Origin: Balanoglossus misakiensis
Lineage: Eukaryota; Animalia; Hemichordata
DNA length: 64,000 nt
Assembly: GCA_040954595.2 (NCBI GenBank)
Contig: CM082582.2
Span: forward strand, 10,779,483 to 10,843,482
Direction of reading: 5' to 3'
Shown: positions 54,485-64,000 of the stretch, in pieces
How positions within the stretch are numbered: the stretch's first letter is position 1
Layout: each line of letters starts with the position of its first letter
Notes under the pieces: model-generated
What the model was told of the DNA's origin: nothing
Seen by the model: only the letters and a program-made list of their open reading frames with translations
The model's database searches: none
Made by a program: the position numbers and the translations under genes

Positions 54485-57400
54485 TACATATTTAGAAAAA
54501 ATATTTTGAACATTTTGCAATTTAAGTGGTTTTATTAAATAAATATAAGCTATCAACAGAAACTCAATTGAACACCCCGGGGCACGTAAACCTATAGAAA
54601 TTGTATCAAATGGAAACGCAAGTAGCGACGGTGTACTTTGAAATACAACGACCTGTACGTCCGTATACAAATTGAAAACTAATACGGCAGGAGAGGTTGT
54701 CATGATGCAGTGTTGTTTGAGAGTGTCGACGAGAAAAACAGCTTGAGGTGAGGTTCTCGTGACTCACTGTTGTCATGGTAAACCTTGTGAATTATTACAT
54801 TTTGAGTGATAAGCGTGCCATGGCAACCGTGTTTACCATATTCGATACTCTTTGAAGAGAATTCCATTTTTACTCCAGTTCCCAAAATGTGTCGTTTTTG
54901 ACTGTCGATCAGATTTACAATCATGTATTTGTATGGTACGAAGTCAGTTAACTTTGAAATGTGGTTTAATATTTTGACTTTCGTGAACTAATTAGTAGAC
55001 ATGATTAAACGCGCCCGCCAATTACGCCAAAGTGATTCCTGGGAATGCGATGCGACGTGTTGCATGCGTGACTGCCTACATCCAAGGCGCACCACCATAA
55101 TTATAGAAGACGTGCATGGTTCTTTGATTTAACTCAGTGCAGTACTAAGTTCTTCTGTTTCATCCTCGCCAAGTTCAAGGACTGGTGTTCGGGTTTGAAT
55201 TCTCTCAATCAAATTCTGTTCCGCGCAGAAAAGCGGAATGCGCATATCAAGACCGTACCATGGGTATATAGGCTGGCCCTAAATCGATACACGATCCGTG
55301 TTTGTGTAAGCGCGATCTCTCTGTGCAATCTGAGGTTTGACAAGGGTCCGATCGATACCTAGAGTGCCGGGAATATCTCGAATGCTTGGCAGAAAAAGTC
55401 AAACACCATTAACCACTCACTGCCCCCTGCTTCGCTGAACATATTTGAAGCATTGTCGCAGGGCGCGTTTGACTCGCTGTACGAAGGAAAAAGCAGGTTA
55501 TCCGTCCCTTTTACGCGCTTCAATTAATGCCACGCGATTGTTACGCATTTGCACGCGACACTGTGAATTAATCCATTCATCATTCCGTATTGCTATCACA
55601 CAGTTTCATCTTTTATTGCTGGTAACGTCAGAAAGTCTCATTTCAAACAAATTGGTTTGAATGACGCCGTGAAACCTTTTCCCATAATAATAGGGTTTAT
55701 AGCATTTCTTGCTGTCGGTCGTGAAATGTAATCGTAATATTAGCCCTTTCAGAAATGTTGCGACAAATCACTCCCTCTCCGAACGGAAATAATTATTTCC
55801 ACGGAAAGAATGTATTGACTCCATATTGCAAGAGAAGAAAATTGTGGTGTCATTATTCCTCGCAGTCCCTAGGTGACTTAAAATGATAGCAAGTTGCCTT
55901 TATAATTTACTTACTCCCAGCTACGTGCTTCCTGGCAACAAGCCAACTAGGGAATGGCGAGGCAACAAGTATGTGGGGGGGGGGGGGAGTGATGGTAAGG
56001 GATTGGCATAATAAAACGCAGGGGAGGGGACAACAACATGGTGTTGTCAAGGTTTCGCCGCGGTGGGCCCCATTTGCAATGAATAGTATCCGTCAGAATC
56101 GTTGAGAGTTCCGAGGCAGCCATCTCCGATAGGGAAAAAAATTATCATTGCATACTTCTTCAAAATGTAAACATTGCATGAGGGTTCGCGGTTGTAAAAT
56201 AAACACTCGCGGCAACTGTGGAGCTACAAAAACACCCGATCAGGTCAAGTAACGGAAGGTTAAACCGTTTTCTTTGTCCACTCTCCTTGTCCTAAAACCG
56301 CCGGGTTTCAGGATGTGCGTCAGTCCGGCTTATAACACAGCACGTAACGTTGTTTAAACTAACCACCCCATCAGAAGAAACGGAAAGCACGCGGTCTGTT
56401 ACAAAAGCACATAAACGGACGACGGAAGATTCGTGCGATTTTAAAACGCACCCATTTCCACCATAAAGCAGGAATAACAACCACAGATGCGTGAAATATT
56501 CGCAATGCAGCCAAATTACTTGAATTCGAGAATAGTTAATCGGCTGACGCATTTGTGCAACCGCCTGCACACATGCAGTTGGCAACTTACATTACATGTA
56601 TGTTTTCAAAGGATAAAACTAAAATTGTCCCAGTTGGAATTACCCTTAACGACAGCTCATCACTTTTCTTGTGTACTCTTGGAGAAGTAATTGTTGCTCA
56701 AATCCTCTATTCGACATTCTTTCGAGCAAAAGTACAACCACCGCTCCATTTATGCGCATTAGCAATGAAAACAATGTGGTGGAGATTATACGCCGACCAA
56801 GACTTGAATATGCGTGAACATTCAATGCCGAGACATCTGTTGTGAATCACTCTTATTCCGAAGGCATTGTGACTTGGTACATGTAAAATTACCGAGATAA
56901 ACCATTTGCAAACGAATATTTACCAGACGACAGCAATTTCGCGCCACTTTCAAGGGCAATAATTATCACCTTAATTAGTTTCCAGTGATCCCCATCCTGG
57001 TTGGACATGCGCAAAACGGAAACTCTCACCGTTTTAAGTAAATTACTTCAAATATGATTTATTGCCTTGCGCTGTTTAGCCTCGCCAGTCGGGTGAATTT
57101 CAATCAAAATGTAATATCACAGATAATTTGAGAGAGTGTAGGGAATGAATTTATTCATGATATTTCTGGCGCGATAGTTCAATTAACAGGCGTCAATTAA
57201 TGGCAATAAAAAGCTACATCAAAACCTGCCACCTAGATGAGCAAAAACCTCTTGACCCTTACTGAAGTAAAACACGCAAGACGCCCAACCATGTCTTCCG
57301 CCTCACGAACAATTTACACGTAACATATAAAACGGTCCATAAAGAAGAAAAAATATGTGACGTATATGTCGATTAAGCATGTTTCCCCTTTCACCTGTTT

Positions 57401-57971
57401 GTCCATGTTATTAAACCGTGGCGTAAATATGAATTATTGATCGGAGTTTACTTGGAGGCGTGTCAAATTTCATTCTCGGCACATCGCGCAATTGGCATCC
57501 TCGTACAACACGGCGACCTTATTAGTCACGGCAACAGAGGTGCCAGTTGGTCAATCTTTTCACGGATTAAAGATGCCTTAGTGTCGGATTATTTGAACAC
57601 AGATTGACTTGCAAGGCTTGGCCCGACCGTTTTGGATGATGATGGCGACGGCTGTAGGCATGCGCGGAATTAGAATCAAAACCGCCGGCCAAAAACTGGA
57701 AATGGTGAAACCCATTCAGCCTATAGTCTTCAGTATAGATTCCCGATCACAGGGCAATAGTCTTACACCTGCTGTCATAGAAATGTTTCTTTTTTCCCCC
57801 CATAATTCCTCTGTGCGTTGCCGTGACTTTCCGTGAACATTGCATGCATTAATAATATACGTCGTCAGTTCTGTCAAACTGAACTCTGCATGACTTCGTG
57901 TGTACATTACAACTGAATCATTCGCGGCCTTGTATTCAGATTTGAGCTTCATGGCATATGGATATGTCTGT

Positions 57972-59099
57972 CTATCCATCTATCTGTCGGTCTGTCTGTC
58001 TATTTGGCTGTCCGTCTATCTGCCTGTCTGCATGCCTGTCTGCCTGCCTGTTTGTCTCACGTGAACTGTCCGGTGATGTGTTCGACGGATGGATTCTGTT
58101 CTTCCGGCAGGGACACAGTATTTTCTGAAAGGCGTACTGGAACCGTTTGTGGCACCATTGGTAAATCAGCGGGTTGCATGTCGAGTTTAGCCACAGCAGC
58201 CAGAATGATAATTCGTAGAGGTGTGAATTTACACAGTCCGGGCACAAAGACAACACAAGTGTCAGTAGAGTGTAGGGTGCCCAACAGATACAAAACACCC
58301 CCACCAGAATCGCCAGTGATTTGGCTGTCTTTTTATCGCGCGATAGCGAAGACTGATGAGTCGCGTTCCCGTGGGGTATCGAGCTGCTCGTCACCGTTGT
58401 TGTGTTGCTGTCTGTACTCGGTGTGATCTTTGCACTGGTCCTGCATAAATGCATGCAATTTTTCTGTCGTTCGCTGGTCAGAAACCCGCCTCTCGACCGC
58501 CATTTTATATTAAGGTAGATGCTCACATTAAAATACGACACGCTTATTAGCGGCGTCAGAAATTCGACCGAAGCCGCTGTTAGCTTGAAAGGAAAGTTGT
58601 CGTAGAACTCGACGTAGCATTCGTCGTCGGCGACGACCCGCCTCCCGGCGAAGCTCTCCCACAAAAGAATGGCGGGTCCGTAGAGGAGCGTCGCCAACAC
58701 CCACACCATGGCCATGCGGATGACCGCCTTCTTGGTCGTCTGCGAGGCGTGGTACGCCAGTCCGCGGGTGACCAGCATGTACCGGTCCCAGCTGATCAGC
58801 ATGATGTTGAGCGTCGACGAGGTGCAGACGACGTAGTCCACGGTCAGCCAGATCAGGCAGAGCGGCCGGCCGGTGGTCCACTTGCCCGTCAGGATGTACG
58901 GAATGTAGACGGGGATGCAGAAGCAGCCGATGAGAAGGTCCGAGATGGCCAGGTTCAGGAGGTAGTAGTTGCTGACGGTTCTCAGCGGCTTGTCTTTGAT
59001 GAACGCCAGTACGACGAGCAGGTTTCCGAACGTGGTCACCAGCATCATCAACAGCATGAAAAAACCCAGCACGACCATTTCAGTCATGGAGAACGCCAT
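57972..59099 (-). CDS. HRH3: Class A aminergic GPCR, histamine H3/H4 receptor-like, 375 aa from the first ATG, intronless CDS
   Basis: GNLLVVLAF (TM1), NYYLLNLAISDLLIGCFCIPVYIPY (TM2), WLTVDYVVCTSS (D3.32), ISWDRY, LYGPAIL.WE, C..EF, EFLTP (E5.46), SRDKKTAKSLAILVGVFCICWAPYTLL and SFWLLWLNSTCNPLIY. These closely follow H3/H4 receptor motifs. Confidence 0.88.
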   Translation of the reverse strand: MAFSMTEMVVLGFFMLLMMLVTTFGNLLVVLAFIKDKPLRTVSNYYLLNLAISDLLIGCFCIPVYIPYILTGKWTTGRPLCLIWLTVDYVVCTSSTLNIMLISWDRYMLVTRGLAYHASQTTKKAVIRMAMVWVLATLLYGPAILLWESFAGRRVVADDECYVEFYDNFPFKLTAASVEFLTPLISVSYFNVSIYLNIKWRSRGGFLTSERQKNCMHLCRTSAKITPSTDSNTTTVTSSSIPHGNATHQSSLSRDKKTAKSLAILVGVFCICWAPYTLLTLVLSLCPDCVNSHLYELSFWLLWLNSTCNPLIYQWCHKRFQYAFQKILCPCRKNRIHPSNTSPDSSRETNRQADRHADRQIDGQPNRQTDRQIDG

Positions 59100-60094
59100 C
59101 CTCAAGCTTCGAGTGCGCGCCCTGCTAGTAATGTCCCAGAGTCCCGTTTCTACTTTGGTCCCATGCAGGGCCAACTGATTTTTCCGAACAGTACTGGATT
59201 GGTACGTTAACACACAGAGAGACGATTTCCCGAGCTTCGCAGCCAGCCCCGCTTCATGTTCAAAGTTTTGCGTTGACTATCGCGTGAAACGTCCTCACGT
59301 CACACCAATTTGCGACTTGCGTTATTTCCCTACCGTTGTTTACTCCAACGCTGGCCGAAAGCGGTGTCCTTTGAAAGCGCTAGAACGACTGAACATCAGT
59401 TGCTGGTGACAAGCGACTCTTATATCAGATCCGTCAGACACATGTTACCACTGTTCAAAACTGTGTGCTATCTTCTCAATATAGTGTCCTTCATGGATAG
59501 ATACTCATCGAAGGTTAATCCGAAATCCTAGAATTGTTGAAGTGTTCAAAATAGCATCGGTCGTACAGCGCACTGGTATAGCAGGCAATTAGCATACAGA
59601 GATACTTCGAGTCATCCTGCAGTTCGGCGGTGAAGTGTCAGTCGTTCACGGTTGGTCTTCGTTGATATCCCCTGCTGCACCATGGGAAGACGGGAATCTG
59701 TGTCCCCGGAGTGAAGTGCGATCCTCGTACTGCTCGACGTGAACGCTGCTGTCATAGATATAACATGGTCTTCGCCGTTGCCTGGCAACCGACGTGCGCT
59801 ATTGTTATTGCGAGTGTACTTTCTCCATCCGCATTCACGGCGTTTTAATTGTAAACTGAACGACAGCGCTTCGGAGTAAATACCGGGAGCCAAATATCGA
59901 TCGCTGAATTCAATTGGCGGGTCCGGTGACGCACTAGGAAGGCCGGTTTCCGATCCCGCCGCGCAGGATTCTGGACATTTCGACGACGGATTGGTTTGTA
60001 GCAGCCCGGTGTTTCCGTCCGTGTTCTTTTCGTCCTGTCAGCAGTCAAGTCGGATTCTAGTTCAAATCAGTGCAAATCGATAGTTTGACGGTAA

Positions 60095-60145
60095 CGTATC
60101 AGCCAATACTCACGTCATGTCGCACTTTGGGGGCGGGAAGCCCAG
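60095..60145 (-). promoter_or_regulatory. Putative promoter of the H3/H4-like receptor (CCAAT, CRE-like TCACGTCA, GC box GGGGCGGG)
   Basis: Three motifs clustered within 40 bp at the edge of a CpG-rich stretch ~1 kb upstream of the GPCR ATG. Confidence 0.35.
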
Positions 60146-63100
60146 ACACATACTGTGGCGATGCCGATGCCAAAATGTTAACGCCTAAGATATAACGAGG
60201 ATGGTCTCGCGGAGAAATCTCAGGTCTCAAAAATCACCAACACTTTTGATATAATCTGTATGTCAAACAACGCCTATTTCAGTTGTGTGGGTGTATTCAG
60301 GCCTATATATAGCCTTCTCATATGTACATGTATAATATTACATATAGCGTGTCTTGGCTAACTGTGCCTTGAAGGTTCGTTTTAATGACCCACTCAAGAG
60401 TTTAATGTCTACATTAACGATCTTTAAAAGTGAAACGGGTAGCACATATTTGCACAAACAGCGCCAGTTGTTAGCGTGCGAGACCTTGAAGGCAGTGAAG
60501 TGCCGACCGAAGGTGGGAAAAAAAGAAAGTGAATGCTCGCTCTCCACCTGCCTAATAAACTTCTACTACCGGAAACGCAAGTTGGTCGACTAATTGGGCG
60601 AAGGATCGTGAAAGTCATGGATTTTGAAGTAATTGTGTGAAGTAAACGCCAGACAAAGGAAGAAAAGTTGTTTATCATCATCATGGCCAACAGAATGCTA
60701 TTTGCCTATTGGTCCGATTTGTTGCGCAGGCTGGCAATGGCATTTCTTTTTAGATTGGTGTTAAAAGGGAAAATGCTCTCACTATTTTGTTCGTGTGATT
60801 GACAAGTGGCGTGGCATTGGTTATCCTGTGGCATTTATTGTCGTTGTGTTTCTGGTTCGTCGTCTCAGATATCATCGTGACTGACTTCGTCGACTGCCGT
60901 GTTGTCATTCACACGCCGCCTGCATCGGTCGCCCCGGCAACTTCACCAAAATAAGCAATAGTCTTGAAATATCGATTTGAACGAGCCCTGTATCCATCCC
61001 AAAATGTTGATTCAGAATCACGCTGTTCCAAGCGTGTAGCACAAAACGCGACAATGAAAAACTATTCATAAAGCCATCACGACGACGGGAAAAATCATTC
61101 CCCCCGGGCTGTCAGTGACAAATTGTTCCCTGTTAGCAGCAGTGATGTCCTTTATCGGGTGTCACGCAACCATACACGATGACATTCCAGTCATCTGCGA
61201 CAGTTATAGAAGGCGGCATGAATCATGTGTTATCATTGCGCGGTGTTACACTAATATTCTGCAATTAAGCTTTGTTGAAGTCGGCTTTCATTGCCACAAG
61301 AAAATGATCGCACTGCGGTAGAAAATTTGTAATGCGACACTTCGAAATATGCTTCCTTCCAGACTTTCATTAGCATTAGTAGCTATCCAGCATTTGTTGG
61401 CTCTGTCGAAAAGACAGACTGTCGTCTTGGCGGGATAGGCACTTAGTCCTTCGTTCATAAAACTGCATAGAAAATATTGCCTCATTTACTCTTTCTGTCA
61501 CTGTCTAGAATTAGCCCTACTAAGTATGATCTAAGTATGGCTGCGCCGCCTCCCAAGTTGCCTAGTACAGGGCTATGCCCAGAACTAATAAACAGCATTG
61601 ACATACGGTTAAAAGTGACCAAGTCTGACAGTTGGTATTGACCTATTCCCTAACATCAAACTTTACTGCCAGGAATTTTGTGGTCAGCACGCACACCGCG
61701 ATCTACAATGCAAACTCTGGGAACACAACATCGTGCCATTTTCTGAAGATGAAATTAGCACTCAGCATTGGTTGGTCCTGACAGGGACATAGTGTTTGGT
61801 CAAGTAAACAGTGTTTCTCATAATTCCCTTTATGTAACGGAATTTCTGTTTAAAAGAACAAGTACGGCACCCGGGGCATTTCTACAGGCGGAATCAAGCC
61901 TGCCCTTTGCGGCATGAGACTGTCTGTTTGCAACAACCGATCGTATGCACCGTTCACCTCATTAACGGTCCGTGTATCAACAGAAATTGAGCGTTAAAGT
62001 TATTTTCCCTCTGCCATAAGGCACATGTACGTAATCGAGATTTCCGGAAGGGGGGGGGGTCATCACCGCGTATTTGATAAATGATGGCGATCCACGAAAC
62101 GTGCCGCGCATGTTGTTAACTATCTCTAATTCAATTAAAACCATGTAAACGCCGTAAGTTCTTAAGTTCTCTCCGGGATCGCCTCGTACCACGAGGTCAA
62201 CACCGGTTTAAGTTTTCGCACGTGGAACCACAGGTTCAGATGACGCTGATATGCACCGCGGGCTCGACTGGGACCGCTGCGATTCCAGCGGGACCTTGCA
62301 TTAATGTTGAATATTATGATCCGAGGTTTAAGGTTCACCAAAACGCAATTTCTTCCGATCCCAGAGGTTACGCCCGGAGCATAGGCAGGCATCACGTTTC
62401 AGAGATCAGTTAGTGGCGCCCGCTGTTATCCTCAGTACAAGAACTTAATTTCTTGAGGAACTTGCCAAGGATATCGCACATAACTCGATGTTCCTCTAGA
62501 GACAATCAAGCCAGTGCGTGAAATCGGGCGGTTTGCATCGGTCAACTGCAAGCTATTTATTTTTCTGACACTCAACTGAGATCACATTTAACGGAGAATG
62601 CATGTGTAAAGAAAATGGCCCATTGCAAGACATACTAGTACGTTAGAAAACTGTACTACTTATTAGAACGTCGGGGAGTAAACTAGGGCACCGAGCTATC
62701 GTGAAGTCTAAAATTGGCCTACACTACGAATAACTAAGTTTACATGTCTCCTGGTGCTGCGATGCTAATTCTCGCCACAGTTATTTCATCAGCTACAGAT
62801 ACTCAGCGACAAAGAATGCGATGAATCCTGATTGATGAGAGGTGGTCCGTGGATTATTGTCGACGGTTTGGATAAATGATTTAGAGTTTCACAGCGAATC
62901 CAGCTGTGGCACCAATTCATCTTGTGTAACGATAGTGAGAAATGCACAAAATCACAGGCCTGTGCATTGTGATTTGGCGTTGGCTGCACAATTCTAAGAC
63001 AATAAAATTCCGTAGGCAGGTTGCACTGAAGCTGGTTACGTCAGGCGATTTTACAGAGTCCCCTAAACCCATGTTGTCTGGAGGTCCCTGCCCCAATAAA

Positions 63101-64000
63101 CGTAGTTTTGCTGGCTAGGATTGTGGCTCTCTTATACAGCTTACATTTCAGTGTATGTTAAGCATGGGATCTGACAAGTTGTCACCGGAAAGTGGTTGAT
63201 TTAAGGACACCCAAGTAACCGCGCAGACAGTAATTCACATAACTCATCCGTCACATGTCCTCTCGCCTGTGCAATCACGCCGATTTGATGCGTTCAAGCT
63301 GACAATTTTTGTGCGTAAATGCATCATAAGTGACACTTTAACGATAAAGAATAACAATATGCATCATAAAACATGGACGCTGTGGTGCGTTTTGTCTGCA
63401 GATGATGAATTGATCGGTAATAGTTTGCATTGATGGTCCGTGTTTTACTCGAGCAGGTGGGCCGTGTCTATAGTGTGAAGCCCGGTGTTGTCTTTCGTCT
63501 GTCTAGTGTTATCAACACGACGTCAAAATGCATGAGCAATGATATGTAACGAGTGTTCCCATTGGGGAATGGGCTCTAGGTCCACGCATGCGTGTTTATA
63601 AATTACGTGGTGGAGAATCATCATCGGGGGCTATGTGAGGAGGTATTGGCACCCCACCCTCTTCGTATTTGGGGTAGACGTTCGTTACTTACCACTCATA
63701 GGGGAGGGGAGGGAGTTCGAGGGATAAATCCAGCGACTATGGCGGGTGTCATGTTTGCAAAGGTATATTGTGATAAATGATAACCAATACCCCTGGTCTA
63801 CTTGTCTTCTTGTAAACCGATGATAAAGACAGGGGATTGTTGAGCATAGACTGAAATTACCGCACCAATTTTACTGATAGAGGCACTAAAACTTTTCACG
63901 GGCTTTTAAATGCATAACTTTTTCTTCAGCGGTTCCCTGCAGCCTTGCTATTAAACTGGCCTATATAAGACGACGCTGATTGACAGCAATAAGTTTGTGG

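Noticed and set aside
58004-59210. Antisense ORFs (140 and 153 aa) over the GPCR
   Set aside because: Shadow of GC3-rich coding sequence and microsatellite.
60150-64000. Short ORFs and CpG-rich patches at the right end of the window
   Set aside because: No recognisable protein, tRNA or RNA motif could be supported by eye; treated as intergenic or repeat-derived.

Overview
Eukaryotic (animal) genomic DNA, about 38-40% GC by eye, with many short GT-AG introns. The gene set and repeat style suggest a non-vertebrate bilaterian, possibly an invertebrate deuterostome; this is inference. Eight protein-coding genes can be reconstructed by hand: DHODH (-, 3' end off-window) head-to-head with a ~32-exon DDX1 (+); a two-exon ADP/ATP translocase (-); a ~20-exon NSUN2 (-); an uncharacterised C2H2 zinc-finger gene (+); an intronless PLAC8/cornifelin-family gene (+); a ~1490-aa ZNF423/ZNF521 (Oaz) orthologue (-) starting with the MSRRKQAKPR NuRD motif; and a histamine H3/H4-like GPCR (-) with an intronless CDS. 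No rRNA, tRNA, CRISPR array or intact transposon was seen, only degraded retroelement remnants, MITE-like foldbacks and microsatellites. The best leads are: (1) seven extra C-terminal zinc fingers on ZNF423/521 beyond the point where the vertebrate proteins end; (2) an apparently ancient H3/H4 receptor-ZNF423/521 linkage; (3) a candidate spliced lncRNA or micropeptide gene divergent from ZNF423/521; (4) strand-specific hairpins in the ANT 3'UTR; (5) a muscle/mitochondrial-type ANT promoter; (6) an octamer-rich palindrome in the DHODH-DDX1 bidirectional promoter. I found no convincing wholly new multi-gene system. All coordinates were counted by hand and may be off by a few bases.
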